DNA of 41,683 nt from Candidatus Bilamarchaeaceae archaeon (GTDB lineage: Archaea > Micrarchaeota > Micrarchaeia > Anstonellales > Bilamarchaeaceae), in assembly GCA_035290745.1 (NCBI GenBank), contig DATDTS010000068.1, positions 1 to 41,683 on the forward strand, read 5' to 3'. This document shows positions 16,993 through 25,849 of the stretch, piece by piece. Position 1 is the stretch's first letter; each line of letters starts with the position of its first letter. The notes below the pieces were generated by a model that saw only the letters and a program-made list of their open reading frames with translations, searched no databases and was not told the DNA's origin. Made by a program: the position numbers and the translations under genes.

Positions 16993-18303
16993 TTATAATC
17001 TTAAGAATTTTTCGAATTGATCAACAACATACATCCTCATTTCATTTGTTAAACCAGGATATACCCCAATCCAAAATGTATTGTTCATTATATAGTCAGA
17101 ATTCTTAAGATCCCCTATAATTTCATACTTTTCATCCAAATAAGCTGGTTGACGGATTAGATTGCCTCCAAAAAGCATTCTTGTTGTAATCTTTTTTGAT
17201 TCGAGAAAAGCTACAATCTGATTTTTAGTAAACTGAACTCCTTCTCGTATAGTAAGAGGAAACCCAAAAGGACTTGGGTCTGCCTTAGGGTGTTTTTTAG
17301 GAAGAACAAAATACTCTTCATAATCTTTTAGGTTTTGATAATAATAATTAAAATTTTCTTTCCTTTTCTTGATAAATTCTGGCAGTTTCTTGAGCTGCGC
17401 AAGACCAACTGCGGCTTGCATATCAGTGACTTTAAGATTGTAACCGATATTCGAATAAATGTACTTGTGATCGTACCCTTCTGGTAATTGTCCAAGTTTC
17501 CAGCCAAACCTTTTTCCACAGGTATTTGATTCACCTGGTTGGCACCAACAGTCTCTTCCCCAGTCCCTAAAAGATTCAATTGATTTCTTCAGAATCGGCT
17601 TGGAGGTTAAAACTGCGCCGCCTTCACCCATTGTCATATGGTGCGCCGGATAAAAACTTACAGTAGCAATATCTCCAAAAGTACCAACTGGCTTTCCATC
17701 AAAGGTAGCACCAACTGCGTCACAACAATCTTCTATTAAGTACAAACCATGTTTTTTTGCAATGCTTGTGATTTTATCTAGATCAAAAGGATTGCCGAGT
17801 GTATGAGCTAATACTATTCCGCGGGTTTTTTCATCTATTGCTTCCTCAAGCAAAGTGGTATCAATATTGTAAGTACCAAGTTCAACATCCAAAAAAACTG
17901 GGACTAAACCGTTCTGAAAAATTGGATTTACCGTTGTTGGAAATCCAGCCGTGACAGTTATGATCTTTTCTCCTTTTTTGAGCCTTTTTTCCCCAAGAGA
18001 TTTTGATGTTAATGCTGATAATGCTAAAAGGTTTGCAGATGAACCTGAATTGGCAAGAAGGCAATATTTTGAACCAAAAAATGTAGCAAATTCTTTTTCA
18101 AACTCTTGTGCATATTTTCCTGCTGTAAGCCAAAAATCAAGTGAACTGTCTACTAAATTAATAATTTCTTGTTCATCATAGACCCTTCCTGCGTATGGGA
18201 TTGCTGTTTCTCCTGGTTCAAACTTTGATTTGTTGGATTTTGACAGGTAAAACTGTTTAACAAGATTAAAGATAGCCCTCTTAATATCCGTATCTTCTTT
18301 CAT
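16993..18303 (-). CDS. rfbH: CDP-4-keto-6-deoxy-D-glucose 3-dehydratase (E1; RfbH/DdhC-type PMP enzyme)
   Basis: 436 aa, which is the RfbH size. The hallmark SFYPAHHMTMGEGGAV has His in place of the aminotransferase Lys. LANSGSSANLLA and WIGVYPGLT are also present. Confidence 0.85.
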   Translation of the reverse strand: MKEDTDIKRAIFNLVKQFYLSKSNKSKFEPGETAIPYAGRVYDEQEIINLVDSSLDFWLTAGKYAQEFEKEFATFFGSKYCLLANSGSSANLLALSALTSKSLGEKRLKKGEKIITVTAGFPTTVNPIFQNGLVPVFLDVELGTYNIDTTLLEEAIDEKTRGIVLAHTLGNPFDLDKITSIAKKHGLYLIEDCCDAVGATFDGKPVGTFGDIATVSFYPAHHMTMGEGGAVLTSKPILKKSIESFRDWGRDCWCQPGESNTCGKRFGWKLGQLPEGYDHKYIYSNIGYNLKVTDMQAAVGLAQLKKLPEFIKKRKENFNYYYQNLKDYEEYFVLPKKHPKADPSPFGFPLTIREGVQFTKNQIVAFLESKKITTRMLFGGNLIRQPAYLDEKYEIIGDLKNSDYIMNNTFWIGVYPGLTNEMRMYVVDQFEKFLRL

Positions 18304-18390
18304 AATTAGTTTACCAATACATAAGTTTTTATTTGATTCGAAACAGCAGAATATTAACGCTAAATCTAAGTAAACTTGTGAGTGGGAATA

Positions 18391-19269
18391 ATGGAAGAAA
18401 TAAATGCCGCAATAATAGGAAGCGGGAACATAGGTTCTGATCTTCTAGTAAAAATAATTAGGTCAAAATACATAAAATGTTCACTATTTGTAGGACGAGA
18501 TCTAAATTCTAAGGGAATAATACATGCTAAGAAATTAGGTATAAAAACAAGTTCTGAATCGATAGAGGCACTTGAAAAAGAATCTGGAAAATATGATATA
18601 ATTTTCGATGCTACAAGTGCGGAAATGCATAAACAGAATTCTCAAAGATTGTCAAAATTAGAAAAATTTGTAATAGACCTAACCCCAGCCAAAACCGGAA
18701 AGATGTGTGTTCCTTATATGAATTTAAAGGAATGCTTAAAAGAAAAAGAAATAAACCTAGTCAGTTGTGGTGGTCAGGCAACCATACCAGTAGCACATGT
18801 GATAAAAGAAACTTATCCTGATGTTAAATACATTGAAAATGTAACCTCAATTGCATCAAAATCAGCAGGACCTGCAACAAGACAAAATATCGATGAATAT
18901 GTTCAAACTACTCAAGATGCAATTAGATATTTCTCATCTGTAGACAAAACCAAGGTAATTTTAAACCTAAATCCAGCAGATCCACCTATTAACATGCATA
19001 ATACTACATATGTAGAAGTGAATGATGATATAGACCTTCCATTATTGAATATCAAACTAAAAGAGATGGTTAAAAAAATACAATCATATGTTCCAGGTTA
19101 TAACCTATTTCTTGGCCCATTATATAAAGATGGGGTAATAACTATTATGAATGAGGTAGTTGGACTGGGAGATTACCTACCAAAATATGCAGGAAATATG
19201 GACATTATGACCTGCGCAGCATTAACCGTAGCTGAGGAATATTCTAAAGGTATGATGAAAAAAAGATGA
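18391..19269 (+). CDS. acetaldehyde dehydrogenase (acetylating), DmpF/MhpF family
   Basis: AAIIGSGNIGSDLLVKI Rossmann motif and the catalytic-Cys motif SCGGQATIP. About 292 aa from the ATG at 18391; the ORF-track GTG at 18382 is an alternative start. Confidence 0.85.
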   Translation: MEEINAAIIGSGNIGSDLLVKIIRSKYIKCSLFVGRDLNSKGIIHAKKLGIKTSSESIEALEKESGKYDIIFDATSAEMHKQNSQRLSKLEKFVIDLTPAKTGKMCVPYMNLKECLKEKEINLVSCGGQATIPVAHVIKETYPDVKYIENVTSIASKSAGPATRQNIDEYVQTTQDAIRYFSSVDKTKVILNLNPADPPINMHNTTYVEVNDDIDLPLLNIKLKEMVKKIQSYVPGYNLFLGPLYKDGVITIMNEVVGLGDYLPKYAGNMDIMTCAALTVAEEYSKGMMKKR

Positions 19270-19273
19270 ATAT

Positions 19274-20299
19274 ATGAAAATCCCATTGATTATAGATTCA
19301 ACATTAAGGGATGGATCCCATGCAATGAGACACCAGTTTAGCTCGGAGAATATTACAGAGTATGCGGCAGGTGCAGAACGAGCAAGAGTTCCATTATTAG
19401 TTGTTGGGCACGGTAATGGATTAGGTGCAAGTTCATTACAATTAGGCAAAAGTTTACTCTCAGATTCTGAAATGATTTCGCTAGCTAGAAAACAACTTAA
19501 ACATACCAAACTTGGTGTTTTTATAATTCCAGGGTTCGGAACTGTTAGAGATGATTTAAAGCCTGCATTATCCTTGGGTGCTGACGTAATATTTGTAGCG
19601 TCTCATTGTTCTGAAGCGGATATCACCCAAACGCATATCAATTATTTAAAAAAACAGAATAGAAAGGCTATTGGGGTTCTAATGATGAGTCACATGCTTT
19701 CAGCTGATGAATTAGTTGAACAAGCTGATAAAATGCAAGAATATGGTGCTTATGGGGTTATGTTAATGGATTCAGCAGGTGCTTTATTGCCAACAGAGGT
19801 CAAAGAAAGAGTTTCCGCATTAGTTTCTAACCTAAGTATTAAAGTTGGTTTTCATGCCCATAACAACTTAGGGTGTGCAATTGCAAATTCTTTAGCAGCA
19901 TTAGAAGCAGGAGCTGGGATAATAGATACAACTTCAAGAGGACTAGGTGCAGGTGCAGGAAACTGCCAATTGGAAGTTTTTGTTGGTGTATTACATAAAA
20001 AAGGCATACAAACAGAAATTAATTTATACTGTGCAATGGATAATAGTGAAGAAATTGTAGCTAAATTTATGAAAAAACCACAGGTTATAAGTAGCACCAG
20101 TCTAGCAAGTGGATTGGCTGGGGTGTTTTCAGGATTTTGTCCAATTGCAGAAAAGGTATCAAAACAATTTGGTGTTGATCCGAGAGATATTTTAATGGAA
20201 CTGGGTAAAAGAAAGATTGTAGCAGGACAAGAAGATTATATTACTGATGTGGCTGCTGAACTGGCAAGGAAAAAAGCCTTTGGAGAAACAAGTTTATAG
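19274..20299 (+). CDS. 4-hydroxy-2-oxovalerate aldolase-like (DmpG/MhpE family, HMGL-like TIM barrel)
   Basis: IIDSTLRDGSHAMRHQF and GFHAHNNLGCAIANSLAALEAGA are DmpG-type motifs. It starts 5 nt after the DmpF-like stop, which is the canonical DmpFG pairing. Confidence 0.85.
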   Translation: MKIPLIIDSTLRDGSHAMRHQFSSENITEYAAGAERARVPLLVVGHGNGLGASSLQLGKSLLSDSEMISLARKQLKHTKLGVFIIPGFGTVRDDLKPALSLGADVIFVASHCSEADITQTHINYLKKQNRKAIGVLMMSHMLSADELVEQADKMQEYGAYGVMLMDSAGALLPTEVKERVSALVSNLSIKVGFHAHNNLGCAIANSLAALEAGAGIIDTTSRGLGAGAGNCQLEVFVGVLHKKGIQTEINLYCAMDNSEEIVAKFMKKPQVISSTSLASGLAGVFSGFCPIAEKVSKQFGVDPRDILMELGKRKIVAGQEDYITDVAAELARKKAFGETSL

Positions 20300-20306
20300 T
20301 GATACT

Positions 20307-21068
20307 ATGAAAAACACGACGTCTATTAAAAAGAGGCTTAAAGAAGGTGAAACTATCATTGGGACGTGGTGTTTAATTCCATCACCCCATGTAATAAATA
20401 TACTAGCAAATTCAGGTTTAGACTTTGTGTTAATTGACATGGAACATGGACCAATTAATATAACAGTTGCATCAGAGATGGTTTTAGCAACTGAAGAAAA
20501 ATGTGACGTATTAATCAGAGTTCCGAAAAATGATCCTGCACATATTCAATATGTTCTCGATATTGGTAGTTGTGGAGTTGTTATACCACATATCAAAAAT
20601 GTGGAGGACAGAAAAAAGGCTGTTTCTTATGTTAAATACCCTCCTATTGGTGATAGGGGGTTCTCTCCATATACCAAAGCTGGAAATTATACAAATAAAA
20701 CCACCCATACACGAATCCATAACGAAAACACGATTACAGCAATAATGATAGAAGATAAACATGCTCTAGATAATTTAGATCAAATCATAGATGACGAAAA
20801 TGTTGATATAGTTTATATTGGAACATATGATTTATCAGTTGCCCTTGGTATCCCAGGAGATGTTTCAAATCCAAAAGTTTTAAGTGAATTAGAAAAAGCT
20901 GTTAAAACCATTCATAAAAAAGGTAAAATTGCTGGGTGTATGGCACACAATAAAGCTGATCTTGACAAATTTAAGCAGTTGGGCATAACATTCGTTCTCT
21001 TCAAGGTTGATACCTCTATAATATCCGACGCTATTAAAAAAATCAAAACGGAGGATGAGACCGCATGA
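20307..21068 (+). CDS. HpcH/HpaI-family class II (pyruvate-dependent) aldolase
   Basis: GTWCLIPSPHVINILANSGLDFVLIDMEHGP, VLIRVP and GTYDLSVALG fit the HpaI/YfaU/GarL-type family. The start is trimmed to ATG at 20307, just past the upstream stop. Confidence 0.8.
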   Translation: MKNTTSIKKRLKEGETIIGTWCLIPSPHVINILANSGLDFVLIDMEHGPINITVASEMVLATEEKCDVLIRVPKNDPAHIQYVLDIGSCGVVIPHIKNVEDRKKAVSYVKYPPIGDRGFSPYTKAGNYTNKTTHTRIHNENTITAIMIEDKHALDNLDQIIDDENVDIVYIGTYDLSVALGIPGDVSNPKVLSELEKAVKTIHKKGKIAGCMAHNKADLDKFKQLGITFVLFKVDTSIISDAIKKIKTEDETA

Positions 21069-22840
21069 TTCGCGTGGCGGACTATGTGGCAGAGTTCATT
21101 TACAATTCCGGAGTAAAACACATCTTTTTAGTTACTGGGGGAGGTGCAATGCATCTCAATGATGGCATAGCAGCTCATAAAAAAATTAAATACGTTTGTT
21201 GTCATCATGAACAAACAGTTTCTATGGCAATTGAATCATACTCAAGAATTACAGAGAATCTTGGCGTTGGATGTGTAACCTCCGGTCCTGGTGGTACAAA
21301 TACTGTCACTGGAATAGTAAGTGCATGGCAAGATTCAATCCCGTGCATGATTATATCAGGGCAATCAAAGAGGAAAGAAACCATTGCACATTCAAAACTA
21401 GATGGTTTAAGACAATTTGGAAGTCTTGAGGTTAATATTGTAGATATTGTGAAATCAATCACTAAATATTCAGTTATGGTTATGGATCCGAAAATGATCC
21501 GTTATCATCTTGAAAAAGCAGTATATCTCGCAAAAAGCGGAAGACCTGGGCCTGTATGGATTGATGTACCCTTAGATGTTCAGGGTGCAATGGTCGATCA
21601 AAATACCTTAAAAAAGTTTACCCCGCCAGAAAAAAAGCAACCGGATATCTCCAAATCTCTAAAAGAACTAATTAAATTGTTAAAAAATGCCAAAAAACCT
21701 GTTGTAATTGCAGGTTCTGGAATTAGATCTGCAAAGGCCATTCCTCAATTTCTTTCATTTATTGAAAAAACAAACATCCCAACAGTTAATACTTTTATGA
21801 GCCTTGATATTATAGAAAATGACCATAGCTTATACATTGGAAGACTTGGAACAAAAGGGAATAGAGCTGCAAACTTTGCTGTTCAGAATGCCGATTTACT
21901 TATAGCAATAGGTACCAGCCTAAAAGTAACGGTTATAGGCTATGAATATGATTTGTTTGCACCAAAAGCAAAAAAAGTAGCAATAGATATAGATCCAATA
22001 GAACATAAAAAACCAACAATAAAAATAGATCTTTTTATTGAATCTGACGCAAAATATTTTCTAGAGGAGTTGTATAAGGAATGTAAGGATGAAAACATAA
22101 CCTCACCAGATCTTTGGAAAACAGTTTGTTCTAATTGGAAAAATAAATATCCACCTGTACTCGTATCTCAAGAATCAGATGAGATAGATATGTATTATTT
22201 TGTAGATCGTCTCTCAAACCATACTAAAAAAGAGGACATTATAATATGTGATGCTGGTTATCCATTTTATGTAGTGGCACAAGCATTAAGATTGAAAGAG
22301 GGGCAGAGGTACATAACTCCAGGAAGTCTTGGTACGATGGGGTATAATCTTCCTGCTGCTATAGGTGCCTCAACTGCTGATAAAAGTAAAAGGGTAATAT
22401 GTATTACAGGTGATGGTTCATTACAAATGAACATACAAGAGCTTCAGACGATTGTACACAACTCCATACCAGTAAAAATATTTGTCTTGAACAATTGTGG
22501 GTATGTATCGATTAAAGAAGCTCAGCTTAGATATTTTGGAAGAGTTATTGGCGCAGGAAAAGACACAGGGATATCATTTCCAGAATTATCCAAAATAGCC
22601 AATGCATATGGAATCAAATACATTACCGTATCTAATCCTAGCGAACTAGATACTGTTATAAAATCAACCTTAGAATATGATGAACCGGTTATCTGCGACA
22701 TTAAAACCACACAAAATCAAAAGATTAGTCCTATAGTAACTTCTGAGATAAGGCCTGATGGTTCCATGGTTTCAAAACCACTTGATGACATGTATCCTTT
22801 TTTAGATAGAAAGACATATTTCAATGAAACGAATGTATAA
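21065..22840 (+). CDS. thiamine-diphosphate-dependent enzyme, acetolactate-synthase-large-subunit-like three-domain architecture (YerE-like candidate)
   Basis: 591 aa. The N-terminal Pyr domain reads FLVTGGGAMHLND...HEQTVSMA. The ThDP motif is GDGSLQMNIQELQT...IFVLNNCGY (GDG-x-NN). Its ATGA start overlaps the aldolase stop. Confidence 0.85.
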   Translation: MIRVADYVAEFIYNSGVKHIFLVTGGGAMHLNDGIAAHKKIKYVCCHHEQTVSMAIESYSRITENLGVGCVTSGPGGTNTVTGIVSAWQDSIPCMIISGQSKRKETIAHSKLDGLRQFGSLEVNIVDIVKSITKYSVMVMDPKMIRYHLEKAVYLAKSGRPGPVWIDVPLDVQGAMVDQNTLKKFTPPEKKQPDISKSLKELIKLLKNAKKPVVIAGSGIRSAKAIPQFLSFIEKTNIPTVNTFMSLDIIENDHSLYIGRLGTKGNRAANFAVQNADLLIAIGTSLKVTVIGYEYDLFAPKAKKVAIDIDPIEHKKPTIKIDLFIESDAKYFLEELYKECKDENITSPDLWKTVCSNWKNKYPPVLVSQESDEIDMYYFVDRLSNHTKKEDIIICDAGYPFYVVAQALRLKEGQRYITPGSLGTMGYNLPAAIGASTADKSKRVICITGDGSLQMNIQELQTIVHNSIPVKIFVLNNCGYVSIKEAQLRYFGRVIGAGKDTGISFPELSKIANAYGIKYITVSNPSELDTVIKSTLEYDEPVICDIKTTQNQKISPIVTSEIRPDGSMVSKPLDDMYPFLDRKTYFNETNV

Positions 22841-22851
22841 ATTGTGATGAT

Positions 22852-23748
22852 ATGAGTAAGAAAAATATTTTTTTAACTGGTGGTACGGGATTTATTGGGA
22901 AAAATATTCTGGAACAGTTGTCCGATAAGTACAATATATACGCCCCAACTCATCCAGAATTAGAACTGGATGATACTGAAGCAGTCAAGGAGTATACAAA
23001 ATCCCATAATTTTGATGTAGTAATCCATGCTGCAAATTGGGGAGGAACCAGAAAAAAAACAGATGATCTTGTGAATAATGTTGAAAAAAATCTGAAGTTT
23101 TTTTTCAATATAACACGTTGTAAAGACCATTTTGGTAAGTTAATTAATTTAGGAAGTGGTGCAGAATATGGAAAGTTGTATTATACACCAAAGATGAAAG
23201 AGGACTATTTTGATAAACATGTGCCTGTAGATGAATATGGATTCTACAAGTATGTATGTTCTAAGTATATTGAAAAAATTGAAGATGCAGTTAATTTAAG
23301 AATATTTGGTTGTTATGGAAAATATGAAGATTACGAGATCAGATTTATTTCCAATGCTATATGTAAATCCATTTTTGATCTACCAATCACAATAGCAAAT
23401 AAAAATGTTTTTTTTGATTATTTGTACATCGATGATTTAATTAAAATAATAGAATATTTCATAAATAATACGGGAGAACATAGAGTCTATAATATAACAC
23501 CAGATAAATCTATTGATTTACTAACAATTGCTAAAAAAGTAAATAAAATAGCTGGAAAAAATTCAGAAATTATTATAAAAAATAAGGGAATTAACTTAGA
23601 ATATAGCGGAGACAACTCAAGATTAAAGGGCGAGATAAAAGGAATTAAATTTACTGAGATTGAAGATGGAATAAAAAAATTACATGAGTGGTACACAAAG
23701 AACAAAAAATTAGTTGAGTATGATAAGATTTCTATGGACAGATACTAA
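22852..23748 (+). CDS. NAD-dependent epimerase/dehydratase-family reductase (SDR), paralog A
   Basis: NIFLTGGTGFIGKNILEQL and YGFYKYVC (YxxxK). It is the last gene of the plus-strand aldolase/ThDP operon. Confidence 0.8.
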   Translation: MSKKNIFLTGGTGFIGKNILEQLSDKYNIYAPTHPELELDDTEAVKEYTKSHNFDVVIHAANWGGTRKKTDDLVNNVEKNLKFFFNITRCKDHFGKLINLGSGAEYGKLYYTPKMKEDYFDKHVPVDEYGFYKYVCSKYIEKIEDAVNLRIFGCYGKYEDYEIRFISNAICKSIFDLPITIANKNVFFDYLYIDDLIKIIEYFINNTGEHRVYNITPDKSIDLLTIAKKVNKIAGKNSEIIIKNKGINLEYSGDNSRLKGEIKGIKFTEIEDGIKKLHEWYTKNKKLVEYDKISMDRY

Positions 23749-24665
23749 AATTTAGACAAAGAACTTGATGGACTGCATTTATTTAAATATTCATTAGAAG
23801 CAATCTTTTTATCATCAATCAGATGCATATTTTGTTTGTAAAAATCAAAAAGATTTCTAATAGAAGAGCGATAGGTAGAGAATTTAAAATCGCCTAATTC
23901 AGTTTTAAGCCTTGAATTGTCACCACTATAAGTATAATTTAAACCATCGTTTATAATTTTTATGGAAGATTTCTTGCTAGACACAGAGTTGATAATATCT
24001 GAAACTTCCAAAAGGCTTATTGATTTGTTGGGAGAGAGATTATATGTTTTGTGTTTAGGTTTGTTTTTTATAAAATAATCTAAAATCTCCAGAAGATCTT
24101 GGATATAGATATAATCAAAAACGACGTTTTGATTAAGGATAATATCAAGACCTAAAATATTTCTAACTATGGCATTTGAAATAAACCTAAAATAACAATT
24201 TTCATACTTACCAAAAACACCAAATAGTCTTAAGTTGATAATGTTTTTTGATTTTTCAGTAAAATTGGCACAGACATATTTATAAAAACCATAGTCGTCT
24301 TTTGGAATACATTGGCCGAATTCTTCTTCTTTTATTTTTGACAAGTTACGATTTTTATCATATTCTGCACCAGATCCAAAATAGATTATTTTGTCTAAAC
24401 TATCAGCATGTCTAACAATGTTAAAAAAAATTCTTAAATTGTCACGAACTACATAACTCAAATCAGTAGTTGCTCTGTCCCCGCCCCTGTTTGCACAATG
24501 GATTATAGTGCCTATTTTATGTTTCTTTATATACTGACTAACTGCATTTTCATCTAGTAAGTCCAATTCAACATGAGAAGGTGAAAATATTGTATACTTT
24601 TCGTTAAAGTATTCATATATATTCTTACCTATAAAGCCAGTTCCACCGGTAACAAAAATATTCAT
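23745..24665 (-). CDS. NAD-dependent epimerase/dehydratase-family reductase (SDR), paralog B
   Basis: MNIFVTGGTGFIGKNIYEYF and YGFYKYVC. About half the residues are identical to 22852-23748 in a by-eye alignment. The start is trimmed to ATG at 24665. Confidence 0.8.
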   Translation of the reverse strand: MNIFVTGGTGFIGKNIYEYFNEKYTIFSPSHVELDLLDENAVSQYIKKHKIGTIIHCANRGGDRATTDLSYVVRDNLRIFFNIVRHADSLDKIIYFGSGAEYDKNRNLSKIKEEEFGQCIPKDDYGFYKYVCANFTEKSKNIINLRLFGVFGKYENCYFRFISNAIVRNILGLDIILNQNVVFDYIYIQDLLEILDYFIKNKPKHKTYNLSPNKSISLLEVSDIINSVSSKKSSIKIINDGLNYTYSGDNSRLKTELGDFKFSTYRSSIRNLFDFYKQNMHLIDDKKIASNEYLNKCSPSSSLSKF

Positions 24666-24751
24666 ATAACCTACCAACTTACCTAATACTATATTTATGA
24701 ATGACTTTAAAATTTTATCTTTATTACAAGCTTAGAGAACAAATAAAACAA

Positions 24752-25831
24752 CTACTCGCTAGGTCGTGCATGTACTCTTTCCCTGTTTTTTTGTATAAAT
24801 GTCTTCTTTTTAAAAAGTCTACAATAAGAGTAATAGAAAATAGCTATAAACTTTCTAATAGAATAAAATTGGAACAAAAAACAAATGATATAACAAAAAA
24901 ACGATAGAAAAGAAAAAGGATTTTGTCTTAGTTGCACTGATTTGAGTTTTTGAAGAACATCAATGAACTTTCTTTTTTTAGCTTCGTCTTTATCATCATT
25001 GAATATTGCAGATAAAACAAAAAAGTTTCTAAGATCTAATTTTAAATCGCAACTTTTTAAGTTGTGAGGGATACAAAAATCTCGATTCAAATCATCGTTA
25101 AGTTGAAGTCCTTTACCAAAACGAACCAAGTATATATCCAAATCAAACAAGTCTCCAAAACCTTGATATAAAACAACTGGGCGTTTCATAACACAAAATT
25201 TCTTAGAATTTAAAATAGATTTTAACGCAAAATAGGTCTGTTCGTAACTACCATATCTCCCAAATGGGAAAGGAAATTGCTTAATTAAATCAGTATTATA
25301 AACATTAACAAAGATGCCAGTAGAAGCTAAAAGAACATGCCGAATAACCTCTTTGTTTTTTTCAATCCCCTCATAACAAATAAAACCTGGAGTGTTAGAG
25401 TCTAAAACATCCGAAAAATTAAGAATATTGCTCTTATCAGCCCTTATTGCATTGCAAGCTAGGTAACTGACATCTCCCTCTTTTGTGAGATAGCTTATTA
25501 ATAAACTTAGTCTTCCAGGAATGAAATCGTCATCGTCACCTATAGTGAAAGTATACTTACCACTTGCCATTTCCAAAATTTTTTTAAAGTTGAGCGTAAA
25601 TCCTATGTTTTTATCAAATATATTTGTTTTTACTTTAATCTTAGGATTTTCTAAAATAAACTTTTTTATAATTTCTTGAGTATTATCCGTAGATCCATTA
25701 TCAGATATACAAAGTTCAATTTTATCTTCAAGATTTATTGTTTCCAACTTTAATTGATTTAGAGTTGATTCCAAAAAAACGGCTCGGTTGTAAGTAGGAA
25801 TACAAATGCTCAAAATTGGTCTTTTAGGCAT
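24752..25831 (-). CDS. glycosyltransferase family 2 with hydrophobic C-terminal segment
   Basis: LSICIPTYNRAVFLESTLNQL...ELCISDNGSTDNT and GDDDDF (DxD). Confidence 0.85.
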   Translation of the reverse strand: MPKRPILSICIPTYNRAVFLESTLNQLKLETINLEDKIELCISDNGSTDNTQEIIKKFILENPKIKVKTNIFDKNIGFTLNFKKILEMASGKYTFTIGDDDDFIPGRLSLLISYLTKEGDVSYLACNAIRADKSNILNFSDVLDSNTPGFICYEGIEKNKEVIRHVLLASTGIFVNVYNTDLIKQFPFPFGRYGSYEQTYFALKSILNSKKFCVMKRPVVLYQGFGDLFDLDIYLVRFGKGLQLNDDLNRDFCIPHNLKSCDLKLDLRNFFVLSAIFNDDKDEAKKRKFIDVLQKLKSVQLRQNPFSFLSFFCYIICFLFQFYSIRKFIAIFYYSYCRLFKKKTFIQKNRERVHARPSE

Positions 25832-25849
25832 AAAAAAACACCGAAGGCA

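Noticed and set aside
24701-24907. A 68-aa plus-strand ORF in and next to the GT2 3' end.
   Set aside because: It overlaps the GT2 gene on the opposite strand and is Lys/Leu-rich low complexity. The remaining 86-bp spacer is better explained as the promoter of the downstream SDR gene, with the TATA-like CATAAATATAG on the minus strand.
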